From positions 1 to 22,975 of the IMG/VR virus record IMGVR_UViG_2690315742_000006: a stretch of 22,975 bases of DNA. The stretch is one strand, 5' to 3'. How positions within the stretch are numbered: the first letter of the stretch is position 1; each line of letters begins with the position of its first letter. The notes below the pieces were generated by a model, which saw only the letters and a program-made list of their open reading frames with translations, ran no database searches and was not told the origin of the DNA. Source of the DNA: a virus (taxonomy: Duplodnaviria; Heunggongvirae; Uroviricota; Caudoviricetes). Positions 9,002-19,228 of this stretch are shown in pieces. The translations under genes and the position numbers were made by a program.

Positions 9002-9343
9002 ATGGAATTTTTACTTATTTCAATAGTTTTGGGACTAATTCCAGCTATTATTGCGAAAAGCAAAGGTCGCTCATTTTTAGGATGGTGGGTATATGGTGCG
9101 ATGATCTTTATTGTTGCTCTGGTTCATTCGCTAGTAATCCAAAGAGATGAGAAGGCACATGAACAACAAATGGTAAGCAATGGCATGAAGAAATGCCCTT
9201 ACTGTGCGGAGTTGATCAAAGAAGAGGCTATTAAATGTAAGCATTGCGGTAGTGATTTAATTTGCAATGCAGATAGTTCCGTTTCACAAAAAACGGATGA
9301 TGAATATCTTCAGGAAGCAAGGCGTAAGGCCGGACTTCTTTAA
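9002..9343 (+). CDS. Moron-encoded membrane protein with C-terminal zinc ribbon (candidate superinfection-exclusion / defence factor)
   Basis: ATG 9002 with AGGA 7 nt upstream; two hydrophobic helices ([16 protein letters not shown] and [22 protein letters not shown]) followed by CPYC-x12-CKHC; about 30% G+C in hand-counted 60-nt blocks versus about 50% or more in flanking genes. Confidence 0.6.
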   Translation: MEFLLISIVLGLIPAIIAKSKGRSFLGWWVYGAMIFIVALVHSLVIQRDEKAHEQQMVSNGMKKCPYCAELIKEEAIKCKHCGSDLICNADSSVSQKTDDEYLQEARRKAGLL

Positions 9344-9350
9344 AGAATAC

Positions 9351-9376
9351 AAAAACCGCTTCGGCGGTTTTTTTTC
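9351..9376 (+). terminator. Rho-independent terminator after the moron
   Basis: aaaACCGC ttcg GCGGTttttttt. Confidence 0.7.
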
Positions 9377-9385
9377 GTCCGGAGA

Positions 9386-12300
9386 ATGAGTGTGGCGACA
9401 TTACGTGAACTGATTATTAAAATCTCGGCAAATTCCCGGTCATTCCAGTCAGAGATCTCCCGGGCTTCGCGTATGGGGCAGGATTACTACCGTACCATGC
9501 AGAACGGAGGCCGGCAGTCCGCTGCTGCATCCCGTGAAATGCGGCGTGCACTGGCAGAAGTGACGGATCAGATAAATACAGCTAAATCTTCGGCACTGAA
9601 TATGGCGGGGGCATTTGCCGGAGCTTTTGCTACCGGTCATCTTATTTCTCTCGCCGATGAGTGGAATTCAGTAAATGCCCGTCTGAAGCAGGCTTCACAG
9701 TCCAGTGATGATTTTCAGGTATCACAACGTGAATTAATGGCAATCAGCCAGAGAACGGGAACGGCGTTTTCTGATAACGCCAGCCTTTTTGCCCGCTCTG
9801 CAGCTTCCATGCGGGAGTATGGCTACAGTTCTGAGGAGGTACTGAAAGTCACCGAGGCGATCTCCACGGGCCTGAAATTATCCGGTGCCAGTACAGCAGA
9901 AGCCAGTTCGGTGATCACGCAGTTCAGTCAGGCACTGGCGCAGGGAGTGCTGCGCGGTGAAGAATTTAACTCTGTGAATGAGAACGGCGATCGTGTTATT
10001 CGTGCGCTGGCTGCGGGAATGGGTGTTGCCCGTAAGGATCTGAAGGCCATGGCGGATAACGGAAAACTGACCGCCGATAAGGTTGTTCCTGCACTGATTA
10101 GTCAGCTTGGGGCGTTGCGTGATGAATATGCAGCAATGCCTGATACTGTTTCATCCTCTGCAACCAAAGTTGAAAACGCCTTTATGGCCTGGGTTGGTGG
10201 TGCGAACGAGGCAAGCGGAGTGACAAAGACACTCACCGGGGTGTTGAATGGTGTTGCAGACAATATTGATACCGTGGCTGCTGCAGCTGGCGCACTGGTT
10301 GCCGTCGGGGTAGCCCGATATTTTGGCAATATGGCGTCGTCTGCTGGATCTGCAACTGCCGGATTAATTACTGCAGCCAGAAACGAAGTGGCTCTTGCTG
10401 AAGCGCAACTTCGGGGGACACAGATAGCAACCGCCAGGGCGCGTGCGGCGGTTTATCGTGCGCAACAGGCGGTTGTTGCTGCTCGCGGTACCGAAAGGCA
10501 GGCCGCAGCAGAAGCGAAGCTGACAGCTGCCCAGGCGTCACTTACCCGTAATATTGCGGCCAGAACAGCTGCACAGACAACGCTGAATACTGTCACGTCA
10601 GTGGGGAGTCGTCTGTTAAGTGGTGCGCTGGGGTTGGTTGGTGGTGTGCCGGGACTCGTCATGCTGGGGGCGACGGCCTGGTACACGATGTATCAGAATC
10701 AGGAGCAGGCCAGAGAATCTGCACGCCAGTATGCCGCAACAATCGACGAAATTCGCCAGAAAACGTCGGCAATGTCGCTTCCTGAAGCGTCAGATAATGA
10801 GGAAAAGACGCGGCAGGCACTTGATGAGCAAAACAGGTTAATTGACGAGCAGAAAAGTAAGATTAAATCCTTACAGGAAAAAATTGCTGGCTATCAGTAT
10901 GTGCTGGCAAACCCGGGCTGGACAACCGATAACGGTTTTATGATTAACCACATGACGTCGGTAAAAACTGTCACAGAAGGGCTTGCAGAAGCAACAAATC
11001 AACTGGCAGTTGAACAGTCCCGTCTCACACAAATGCAGGGCAAAGCGCAATCCATTCAGGATGTGCTTGCCGGGCTGGAGGAGCGACGGGTGGCATTGAT
11101 CCGTCAACAGGCCGCGGAACAAAACAAAGCGTATCAGTCCCTGTTGATCATGAATGGGCAGCATACCGAGTTTAATCGCCTTCTCGGGCTCGGTAATGAA
11201 TTACTTCTGCAGCGACAGGGGCTGGTGAATGTACCGTTACGGCTACCACAGGCAACCCTGGATGATAAACAGCAGACCGCACTGAATAACAGCGAGCGCG
11301 AACTGGCTCTGTCCCGCCTGAAGGGGGAAGCCCGTGAGCGTGCCCGACTGGGTTATGCTGCGGATGATCTCGGCTTTGTGGGAGAGGCGTATCAGACAGC
11401 CAGACAGAATTATATCAATAACTCACTGGATGCCTGGCGAAATAACCAGGCAAATAAACCCAAAGCGCATAAAAAGACCGAAGCGGAAAAAACAGAAGAT
11501 ATTTATAAACGGCTGATTAAACAGCAAAAAGAACAAATAGCACTGGCAGGGCAGAATACTGAACTGGCTAAGATGAAATATCAGGTCAGTCAGGGCGAAT
11601 TATCAACCCTGTCAGAAGCGCAGAAAAAAACGCTTTTACAGAATGCGGCACTCATCGACCAGAAAAAGATTCGTGAGCAGCTTGCCGCGTATGAAAGCAG
11701 TCTGGCGGACAGTAATGCCAGCGCCCGGGCATCTGACGACGCGCAGTTGCTGGGATATGGTGAAGGCTCACGGATGCGTGAACGACTCCAGGAAATGTGG
11801 AGTATCCGGCAGGCGTTTGAGCAGAAAAATAACGAGCTGCTGAGACAGTATCAGGCCGGAGAAATTGAAGAAGCCCTGTGGAAACAGGAGAAAGAACTGA
11901 ATAAAAAATATCTGGAAGAGCGTCTCAGCGATCAGCAGGATTATTATGCAAAGGCTGATGCTTTACGCAGTAACTGGAATGCCGGACTCCAGGAGGGGCT
12001 GACGAACTGGGCAGACAGTGCCACTGATTATGCTTCGCAGGCGGCAGATGCTGTCGTTTCCACTATGGACGGGCTGGTATCAAATATTTCCGATGCACTG
12101 GCCGGAAATGTTGTGGACTGGAGAAACTGGGGGAGTTCAATTCTCCAGGAAGTTTCAAAAATTCTGATGAACGCTGCCATCGTTAACGGGCTGAAGTCAC
12201 TTTCCAAAAGCATGTCCGGTGCCGGAGGATGGCTTGGTACAGTCGGCGACTGGCTGTCCGGTGCAGTGGCAAACGCAAAAGGTGGTGTTTATACATCGGC

Positions 12301-12631
12301 AAATCTGAGTGCTTACAGTAACACTATTGTGGATACACCGACGTATTTTGCTTTTGCGAAAGGTGCCGGGTTGATGGGCGAGGCCGGGCCTGAAGCAATC
12401 ATGCCACTGACACGGGCAGCGGACGGCTCTCTTGGGGTCAGGGCCATTGGAAATGTGAATGGTGGCGGTGGATTTGTTTATTCTCCCGTGTATCACATCA
12501 GCATTCAGAATCAAGGGAGCAATGGCGAGATAGATGCGCGCTCAGCCAGGGGACTGGTGGATCTGATCGACAGCAGGGTTGTGTCAATTATGCAGTCATC
12601 ACGTCGGGACGGAGGATTATGCAGTGCCTGA
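9386..12631 (+). CDS. Tail tape measure protein
   Basis: 1081 aa, Ala/Gln-rich helical protein with a Gly-rich C-terminus, canonical position between G-T and M; GTG 9392 (6 nt after GGAGA) may be the true start rather than ATG 9386. Confidence 0.85.
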   Translation: MSVATLRELIIKISANSRSFQSEISRASRMGQDYYRTMQNGGRQSAAASREMRRALAEVTDQINTAKSSALNMAGAFAGAFATGHLISLADEWNSVNARLKQASQSSDDFQVSQRELMAISQRTGTAFSDNASLFARSAASMREYGYSSEEVLKVTEAISTGLKLSGASTAEASSVITQFSQALAQGVLRGEEFNSVNENGDRVIRALAAGMGVARKDLKAMADNGKLTADKVVPALISQLGALRDEYAAMPDTVSSSATKVENAFMAWVGGANEASGVTKTLTGVLNGVADNIDTVAAAAGALVAVGVARYFGNMASSAGSATAGLITAARNEVALAEAQLRGTQIATARARAAVYRAQQAVVAARGTERQAAAEAKLTAAQASLTRNIAARTAAQTTLNTVTSVGSRLLSGALGLVGGVPGLVMLGATAWYTMYQNQEQARESARQYAATIDEIRQKTSAMSLPEASDNEEKTRQALDEQNRLIDEQKSKIKSLQEKIAGYQYVLANPGWTTDNGFMINHMTSVKTVTEGLAEATNQLAVEQSRLTQMQGKAQSIQDVLAGLEERRVALIRQQAAEQNKAYQSLLIMNGQHTEFNRLLGLGNELLLQRQGLVNVPLRLPQATLDDKQQTALNNSERELALSRLKGEARERARLGYAADDLGFVGEAYQTARQNYINNSLDAWRNNQANKPKAHKKTEAEKTEDIYKRLIKQQKEQIALAGQNTELAKMKYQVSQGELSTLSEAQKKTLLQNAALIDQKKIREQLAAYESSLADSNASARASDDAQLLGYGEGSRMRERLQEMWSIRQAFEQKNNELLRQYQAGEIEEALWKQEKELNKKYLEERLSDQQDYYAKADALRSNWNAGLQEGLTNWADSATDYASQAADAVVSTMDGLVSNISDALAGNVVDWRNWGSSILQEVSKILMNAAIVNGLKSLSKSMSGAGGWLGTVGDWLSGAVANAKGGVYTSANLSAYSNTIVDTPTYFAFAKGAGLMGEAGPEAIMPLTRAADGSLGVRAIGNVNGGGGFVYSPVYHISIQNQGSNGEIDARSARGLVDLIDSRVVSIMQSSRRDGGLCSA

Positions 12632-12965
12632 GTCTGAAGTTTTTAACTGGATCCCCCGCGAGGGGATGGAGACGACACGAAAGCCATCTGTTATTACGGT
12701 AAAGTTCGGTGACGGATATGAACAGCGACGGGCTGGTGGTCTGAATGCAGATCTGAAAACGTTTAAACCGGTATTTCGTGTCACGGATGAATATTCCCGT
12801 GCCGCGCTGGACAGTTTTTTATCCCGTCATGCCGGGGTTCGTGCTTTTTTGTGGCGTCCGCCAAAACACAACAGGACTGTCCGGGTTGTCTGCAGGGAGT
12901 GGAGCATTTCGGATAATGCCATGTATACCGATTTTAACTGTACCTTTGAAGAGGTCACTCACTGA
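12624..12965 (+). CDS. M: Minor tail protein M
   Basis: KFGDGYEQRRAGGLNADLKT...FLWRPP motifs resemble lambda gpM; GTG 12624 with GGAGGA 7 nt upstream; ATGA-type overlap with L. Confidence 0.8.
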   Translation: MPESEVFNWIPREGMETTRKPSVITVKFGDGYEQRRAGGLNADLKTFKPVFRVTDEYSRAALDSFLSRHAGVRAFLWRPPKHNRTVRVVCREWSISDNAMYTDFNCTFEEVTH

Positions 12966-13663
12966 TGCAGGATATACAGCAGGAAACACTCAATGAGTGC
13001 ACTAAAACGGAGCAATCCGCGCTGGTCGTGCTCTGGGAAATTGATCTGACAGAGGTCGGCGGAGATCGTTATTTCTTCTGTAATGAGCAGAACGAAAAAG
13101 GTGAACCAGTCACCTGGCAGGGGCGGCAGTATCAGGCCTATCCCATTCAGGGAAGTGGATTTGAGATGAACGGCAAAGGAGCCAGTGCAAGGCCAACGCT
13201 GAAAGTCTCTAATCTGCACGGCATGGTCACCGGGATGGCGGAAGACCTGCAGAGTCTGGTCGGCGGAACGGTGGTCAGGCGTAAGGTTTACGCCCGTTTT
13301 CTGGATGTGGTGAACTTCGTCAACGGAAACAGCGAAGCCGATCCGGAGCAGGAGGTGATCAGCCGCTGGCGCATCGAGCAGTGCAGCGAACTGAGCGCGG
13401 TGAGTGCCTCTTTTGTACTGTCCACGCCGACGGAAACGGATGGCGCTGTTTTTCCGGGGCGCATCATGCTGGCCAACACCTGCACCTGGACCTATCGCGG
13501 TGACGAGTGCGGTTATAGCGGTCCGGCTGTCGCGGATGAATATGACCAGCCGACGTCCGATATCACGAAGGATAAATGCAGCAAATGCCTGAGTGGCTGT
13601 AAGTTTCGCAATAACGTCGGCAACTTTGGCGGCTTCCTTTCCATTAACAAACTTTCGCAGTAA
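12965..13663 (+). CDS. L: Minor tail protein L
   Basis: 232 aa, recognisable as a lambda gpL homologue, with a C-terminal cysteine cluster (CTWTYRGDECGY...KCSKCLSGC). Confidence 0.85.
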   Translation: MQDIQQETLNECTKTEQSALVVLWEIDLTEVGGDRYFFCNEQNEKGEPVTWQGRQYQAYPIQGSGFEMNGKGASARPTLKVSNLHGMVTGMAEDLQSLVGGTVVRRKVYARFLDVVNFVNGNSEADPEQEVISRWRIEQCSELSAVSASFVLSTPTETDGAVFPGRIMLANTCTWTYRGDECGYSGPAVADEYDQPTSDITKDKCSKCLSGCKFRNNVGNFGGFLSINKLSQ

Positions 13664-13668
13664 ATCCC

Positions 13669-14412
13669 ATGACAGAGACAGAATCAGCGATTCTGGCGCA
13701 CGCCCGGCGATGTGCGCCAGCGGAGTCGTGCGGCTTCGTGGTGAGAACGCCGGAAGGGGAAAGATATTTTCCCTGCGTGAATATCTCCGGTGAGCCGGAG
13801 GATTATTTCCGGATGTCGCCTGAGGACTGGCTGCAGGCAGAGATGCAGGGTGAGATTGTGGCGCTGGTCCACAGCCACCCCGGTGGTCTGCCCTGGCTGA
13901 GTGAGGCTGACCGGCGGCTGCAGGTGCAGAGTGATTTGCCGTGGTGGCTGGTCTGCCGGGGTGAGATTCATAAATTCCGCTGTGTGCCGCATCTCACCGG
14001 GCGGCGCTTTGAGCACGGGGTGACGGACTGTTACACGCTGTTCCGGGATGCTTACCATCTGGCGGGGATTGAGATGCCGGATTTTCATCGTGAGGATGAC
14101 TGGTGGCGTCACGGTCAGAATCTCTATCTGGATAATCTGGAGGCAACTGGGCTATATCAGGTGCCGTTGTCAGCGGCGCAGCCGGGCGATGTGCTGCTGT
14201 GCTGTTTTGGTTCATCGGTGCCGAATCATGCCGCTATTTACTGCGGCGACGGCGAGCTGCTGCACCATATTCCTGAACAACTGAGCAAACGAGAGAGGTA
14301 TACCGACAAATGGCAGCGACGCACACACTCCCTCTGGCGTCACCGGGCATGGCACGCATCTGCCTTTACGGGGATTTGCAACGATTTGGCCGCCGCATCG
14401 ACCTTCGTGTGA
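13669..14412 (+). CDS. K: Tail assembly protein K (JAMM/MPN plus NlpC/P60 domains)
   Basis: JAMM motif HSHPGGLPWLSEAD in the N-terminal half; NlpC/P60-like Cys (VTDCYTLF) and His (VPNHAAIYC) in the C-terminal half. Confidence 0.85.
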   Translation: MTETESAILAHARRCAPAESCGFVVRTPEGERYFPCVNISGEPEDYFRMSPEDWLQAEMQGEIVALVHSHPGGLPWLSEADRRLQVQSDLPWWLVCRGEIHKFRCVPHLTGRRFEHGVTDCYTLFRDAYHLAGIEMPDFHREDDWWRHGQNLYLDNLEATGLYQVPLSAAQPGDVLLCCFGSSVPNHAAIYCGDGELLHHIPEQLSKRERYTDKWQRRTHSLWRHRAWHASAFTGICNDLAAASTFV

Positions 14413-14957
14413 AAACGGGGGCCGAAGCCATCCGGGCGCTGGCCACACAGCTCCCGGCGTTTCGTCAGAAACTGAATGAGGGCTGGTATCAGGTGCGCAT
14501 TGCCGGGCGTGATGCAGGCGAAAATGAATTATCTGCCCGTCTTAATGAGCCGCTGGCAAATGGTGCCGTGATCCACATCGTGCCGCGTCTGGCGGGAGCT
14601 AAAAGTGGCGGTGTGTTTCAGGTGGTGCTTGGGGCGGCGCTGATTGCGGTGGCATGGTGGAATCCTGTGAGTTGGCTGGGTGCCGCGGCTGTATCGGGCA
14701 TGTATGCGGCAGGGGCCAGTATGATCCTGGGCGGAGTGGCGCAGATGCTGGCACCGAAAGCCAGGACGCCCACGGCAGCCAGTACAGATAACGGCAAACA
14801 GAACACGTATTTCTCCTCACTGGATAACATGGTTGCCCAGGGCAATGTTCTGCCGGTTCTGTACGGGGAAATGCGCGTGGGGTCACGCGTGGTTTCTCAG
14901 GAGATCAGCACGGCAGACGAAGGGGACGGTGGTCAGGTTGTGGTGATTGGTCGCTGA
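14310..14957 (+). CDS. I: Tail assembly protein I
   Basis: N-terminus MAATHTLPLASPGMARICLYGDLQRFGRR and C-terminus NVLPVLYGEMRVGSRVVSQEISTADEGDGGQVVVIGR recognisable as gpI; overlaps K by 103 nt in a different frame. Confidence 0.8.
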   Translation: MAATHTLPLASPGMARICLYGDLQRFGRRIDLRVKTGAEAIRALATQLPAFRQKLNEGWYQVRIAGRDAGENELSARLNEPLANGAVIHIVPRLAGAKSGGVFQVVLGAALIAVAWWNPVSWLGAAAVSGMYAAGASMILGGVAQMLAPKARTPTAASTDNGKQNTYFSSLDNMVAQGNVLPVLYGEMRVGSRVVSQEISTADEGDGGQVVVIGR

Positions 14958-14975
14958 TGCAAAACGTTTTATGTG

Positions 14976-14999
14976 AAACCGCCTGCGGGCGGTTTTGTC
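14976..14999 (+). terminator. Hairpin between I and J (possible attenuator)
   Basis: aaACCGCC tgcg GGCGGTtt followed by TGTCG; the T-run is short and partly inside the stem. Confidence 0.35.
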
Positions 15000-15017
15000 G
15001 TATATGGAGCATGACGA

Positions 15018-18000
15018 ATGGGTAAAGGCAGCAGTAAGGGGCATACCCCGCGCGAAGCGAAGGACAACCTGAAGTCCACGCAGTTGCTGAGTGTGATCGA
15101 TGCCATCAGCGAAGGGCCGATTGAAGGTCCGGTGGATGGATTAAAAAGCGTGCTGCTGAACAGTACGCCAGTGCTGGACAGTGAGGGGAATACCAACATC
15201 TCTGGCGTCACGGTGGTGTTCCGGGCAGGTGAGCAGGAGCAGACACCGCCTGAGGGGTTTGAATCCTCCGGCTCCGAGACGGTGCTGGGTACGGAAGTGA
15301 AATACGACACGCCGATCACCCGGACCATCACGTCTGCAAACATCGACCGTCTGCGTTTTACCTTCGGTGTGCAGGCTCTGGTGGAAACCACCTCAAAAGG
15401 GGACCGGAATCCATCGGAAGTCCGCCTGCTGGTTCAGATACAACGTAACGGTGGCTGGGTGACGGAAAAAGACATCACCATTAAGGGCAAAACCACCTCG
15501 CAGTATCTGGCATCGGTAGTGGTGGATAACCTGCCGCCGCGCCCGTTCAATATCCGGATGCGCAGGATGACACCGGACAGCACCACAGACCAGTTGCAGA
15601 ACAAAACGCTCTGGTCGTCATACACCGAAATCATCGATGTGAAACAGTGCTACCCGAACACAGCACTGGTCGGCGTACAGGTGGACTCGGAGCAGTTCGG
15701 CAGTCAGCAGGTGAGCCGTAATTATCATCTTCGCGGGCGCATTCTGCAGGTGCCGTCGAACTATAACCCGCAGACGCGGCAATACAGCGGTATCTGGGAC
15801 GGAACGTTTAAGCCAGCATACAGCAACAACATGGCCTGGTGTCTGTGGGATATGCTGACCCATCCGCGCTACGGCATGGGGAAACGTCTTGGTGCAGCCG
15901 ATGTGGATAAATGGGCGCTGTATGTCATCGGCCAGAATTGCGACCAGTCGGTGCCGGACGGCTTTGGCGGCACGGAGCCGCGCATCACCTGTAATGCCTA
16001 CCTGACCACACAGCGTAAGGCGTGGGATGTTCTCAGTGATTTCTGCTCGGCGATGCGCTGTATGCCGGTATGGAACGGGCAGACGCTGACGTTCGTGCAG
16101 GACCGACCGTCGGATAAGGTGTGGACCTATAACCGCAGTAATGTGGTGATGCCGGATGATGGCGCGCCGTTCCGCTACAGCTTCAGCGCCCTGAAGGACC
16201 GCCATAATGCCGTTGAGGTGAACTGGATTGACCCGAATAACGGCTGGGAGACGGCGACAGAGCTTGTTGAAGATACGCAGGCCATTGCCCGTTACGGTCG
16301 TAATGTCACGAAGATGGACGCCTTTGGCTGTACCAGCCGGGGGCAGGCACACCGAGCCGGGCTGTGGCTGATTAAAACGGAGCTGCTGGAAACGCAGACC
16401 GTGGATTTCAGCGTGGGCGCAGAAGGGCTTCGCCATGTCCCGGGCGATGTCATTGAAATCTGTGATGATGACTATGCGGGGATCAGCATCGGCGGGCGTG
16501 TGCTGGCGGTGAACAGCCAGACCCGGACACTGACGCTCGACCGTGAAATCACGCTGCCATCTTCCGGCACCACGCTGATAAGCCTGGTTGACGGACAGGG
16601 GAATCCGGTCAGCGTGGAGGTCCAGTCCGTCACCGACGGCGTGAAGGTGAAAGTGAGCCGGGTTCCTGACGGCGTTGCCGAGTACAGCGTGTGGGGGCTG
16701 AAGCTGCCGACGCTGCGCCAGCGCCTGTTCCGCTGTGTGAGTATCCGTGAGAATGACGACGGCACGTATGCCATCACCGCCGTGCAGCATGTACCGGCAA
16801 AAGAGGCCATCGTGGATAACGGGGCGCACTTTGACGGTGACCAGAGCGGCACGGTGAATGGTGTCACGCCGCCAGCGGTGCAGCACCTGACCGCCGAAGT
16901 CACCGCAGACAGCGGGGAATATCAGGTGCTGGCGCGCTGGGACACGCCGAAGGTGGTGAAGGGCGTGAACTTCCTGCTTCGCCTGACCGTGGCTGCGGAT
17001 GATGGCAGTGAACGGCTGGTCAGCACGGCCCGGACGACGGAAACCACATACCGCTTCAGGCAACTGGCGCTGGGAAATTACAGGCTGACAGTCCGGGCGG
17101 CAAATGCCTGGGGGCAGCAGGGCGATCCGGCATCGGTATCGTTCCGGATTGCCGCACCGGCAGCGCCGTCGCGGATTGAGCTGACGCCGGGCTATTTTCA
17201 GATAACCGCCACGCCGCATCTTGCCGTTTATGACCCGACGGTACAGTTTGAATTCTGGTTCTCGGAAAAGCGGATTGCGGATATCAGGCAGGTTGAAACC
17301 ACAGCCCGCTATCTTGGCACGGCGCTGTACTGGATAGCTGCCAGTATCAATATCAAACCGGGCCATGATTATTATTTTTATATCCGCAGTGTGAACACCG
17401 TTGGCAAATCGGCATTTGTGGAGGCTGTTGGTCAGCCGAGTGATGATGCGTCCGGCTATCTGAATTTTTTCAAAGGAGAGATAGGGAAAACCCATCTGGC
17501 TCAGGAGCTGTGGACGCAGATTGATAACGGTCAGCTTGCGCCTGACCTGACTGAAATCAGGACGTCCATAACGGATGTCAGCAATGAAATAACACAGACC
17601 GTCAATAAGAAACTGGAAGACCAGAGTGCAGCGATCCAGCAGATACAGAAGGTTCAGGTTGATACAAATAATAACCTGAACAGCATGTGGGCAGTGAAGC
17701 TGCAGCAGATGCAGGACGGACGCCTTTATATTGCGGGTATCGGTGCCGGTATTGAGAACACCCCCGACGGCATGCAGAGTCAGGTGCTGCTGGCTGCAGA
17801 CCGGGTGGCATTTATTAACCCGGCGAATGGTAACACCACTCCTGCACTGGTCACACAGGGCGGACAGACGTTTATTAATGAGGCGCTGATCAAGTTCCTT
17901 ATTGCTCCCACGATTACCAGTGGTGGCAATCCTCCGGCATTCTCCCTGACACCTGACGGAAAGCTGACTGCTAAAAATGCGGATATCAGTGGCAGTGTGA

Positions 18001-18497
18001 ATGCGAACTCCGGGACGCTCAACAACGTCACGATTAATGAGAACTGTCAGATTAAGGGGAAACTGTCAGCCAATCAGATTGAAGGCGATATTGTCAAAAC
18101 AGTGGGCAAAGCTTTCCCCCGGGACTCCCGTGCACCGGAACGGTGGCCATCAGGGACCATTACCGTCAGGGTTTATGACGATCAGCCGTTTGACCGGCAG
18201 ATTGTTATTCCGGCGGTGGCATTCAGCGGCGCTAAACATGAGAGAGAGCATACTGATATTTACTCCTCATGCCGTCTGATAGTGCGGAAAAACGGTGCTG
18301 AAATTTATAACCGTACCGCGCTGGATAATACGCTGATTTACAGTGGCGTTATTGATATGCCTGCCGGTCACGGTCACATGACGCTGGAGTTTTCGGTGTC
18401 AGCATGGCTGGTAAATGACTGGTATCCCACAGCAAGTATCAGCGATTTGCTGGTTGTGGTGATGAAGAAAGCCACCGCAGGCATCAGTATCAGCTGA
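15018..18497 (+). CDS. J: Host specificity / central tail fibre protein J
   Basis: 1159 aa; N-terminus [54 protein letters not shown] recognisable as lambda gpJ; GGAG RBS. Confidence 0.9.
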   Translation: MGKGSSKGHTPREAKDNLKSTQLLSVIDAISEGPIEGPVDGLKSVLLNSTPVLDSEGNTNISGVTVVFRAGEQEQTPPEGFESSGSETVLGTEVKYDTPITRTITSANIDRLRFTFGVQALVETTSKGDRNPSEVRLLVQIQRNGGWVTEKDITIKGKTTSQYLASVVVDNLPPRPFNIRMRRMTPDSTTDQLQNKTLWSSYTEIIDVKQCYPNTALVGVQVDSEQFGSQQVSRNYHLRGRILQVPSNYNPQTRQYSGIWDGTFKPAYSNNMAWCLWDMLTHPRYGMGKRLGAADVDKWALYVIGQNCDQSVPDGFGGTEPRITCNAYLTTQRKAWDVLSDFCSAMRCMPVWNGQTLTFVQDRPSDKVWTYNRSNVVMPDDGAPFRYSFSALKDRHNAVEVNWIDPNNGWETATELVEDTQAIARYGRNVTKMDAFGCTSRGQAHRAGLWLIKTELLETQTVDFSVGAEGLRHVPGDVIEICDDDYAGISIGGRVLAVNSQTRTLTLDREITLPSSGTTLISLVDGQGNPVSVEVQSVTDGVKVKVSRVPDGVAEYSVWGLKLPTLRQRLFRCVSIRENDDGTYAITAVQHVPAKEAIVDNGAHFDGDQSGTVNGVTPPAVQHLTAEVTADSGEYQVLARWDTPKVVKGVNFLLRLTVAADDGSERLVSTARTTETTYRFRQLALGNYRLTVRAANAWGQQGDPASVSFRIAAPAAPSRIELTPGYFQITATPHLAVYDPTVQFEFWFSEKRIADIRQVETTARYLGTALYWIAASINIKPGHDYYFYIRSVNTVGKSAFVEAVGQPSDDASGYLNFFKGEIGKTHLAQELWTQIDNGQLAPDLTEIRTSITDVSNEITQTVNKKLEDQSAAIQQIQKVQVDTNNNLNSMWAVKLQQMQDGRLYIAGIGAGIENTPDGMQSQVLLAADRVAFINPANGNTTPALVTQGGQTFINEALIKFLIAPTITSGGNPPAFSLTPDGKLTAKNADISGSVNANSGTLNNVTINENCQIKGKLSANQIEGDIVKTVGKAFPRDSRAPERWPSGTITVRVYDDQPFDRQIVIPAVAFSGAKHEREHTDIYSSCRLIVRKNGAEIYNRTALDNTLIYSGVIDMPAGHGHMTLEFSVSAWLVNDWYPTASISDLLVVVMKKATAGISIS

Positions 18498-18515
18498 ATT
18501 TTATAACCCATATAC

Positions 18516-18541
18516 GGGCGCCAGAAATGGCGCCTTTTTTA
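18516..18541 (+). terminator. Rho-independent terminator after J
   Basis: GGGCGCC agaaat GGCGCC then TTTTTT. Confidence 0.7.
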
Positions 18542-18564
18542 TTGCAGAAAAGCGAGAGGTAATT

Positions 18565-19164
18565 ATGCGTAAAGTTTGTGCAGCCATTTTGTCCGCAGCC
18601 ATCTGTCTGGCCGTATCCGGTGCGCCTGCATGGGCGTCTGAGCAGCAGGCCACACTGAGCGCAGGGTATCTTCATGCCCGTACGAACGCTCCCGGCAGCG
18701 ATAATCTGAACGGGATTAACGTGAAATACCGTTATGAGTTTACGGACACGCTGGGGCTGATTACGTCATTCAGCTATGCAGGAGACAAGAATCGCCAGCT
18801 TACCCGTTACAGCGATACCCGCTGGCATGAAGATTCCGTTCGTAACCGCTGGTTCAGCGTAATGGCGGGGCCGTCTGTGCGCGTGAATGAATGGTTCAGC
18901 GCGTATGCGATGGCGGGTGTGGCTTACAGCCGTGTGTCGACTTTCTCCGGGGATTATCTCCGCGTAACTGACAACAAGGGGAAAAAGCACGATGTGCTGA
19001 CCGGAAGTGATGACGGTCGCCACAGCAACACGTCTCTGGCGTGGGGAGCTGGCGTGCAGTTTAACCCGACCGAATCCGTGGCCATTGATGTCGCTTATGA
19101 AGGCTCCGGCAGTGGTGACTGGCGCACTGACGGGTTCATCGTGGGTGTTGGTTATAAATTCTGA
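18565..19164 (+). CDS. lom: Lom-family (Ail/Lom) outer membrane beta-barrel protein
   Basis: Signal peptide [24 protein letters not shown]; C-terminus ...[25 protein letters not shown] ends in the aromatic residue typical of outer-membrane beta-barrels and resembles lambda Lom; GAGAGG RBS. Confidence 0.85.
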   Translation: MRKVCAAILSAAICLAVSGAPAWASEQQATLSAGYLHARTNAPGSDNLNGINVKYRYEFTDTLGLITSFSYAGDKNRQLTRYSDTRWHEDSVRNRWFSVMAGPSVRVNEWFSAYAMAGVAYSRVSTFSGDYLRVTDNKGKKHDVLTGSDDGRHSNTSLAWGAGVQFNPTESVAIDVAYEGSGSGDWRTDGFIVGVGYKF

Positions 19165-19190
19165 TTAGCCAGGTAACACAGTGTTATGAC

Positions 19191-19218
19191 AGCCCGCCGG
19201 TTCAGGCGGGCTTTTTTG
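19191..19218 (+). terminator. Rho-independent terminator after lom
   Basis: AGCCCGCC ggttca GGCGGGCT then TTTTTT. Confidence 0.75.
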
Positions 19219-19228
19219 TGGGGTGAAT

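Noticed and set aside
15618-17495. 625-aa ORF on the minus strand
   Set aside because: Lies entirely antisense to the J gene, is Arg/Pro-rich as expected for an antisense read of GC-rich coding DNA, and has no RBS context; an open frame by chance.
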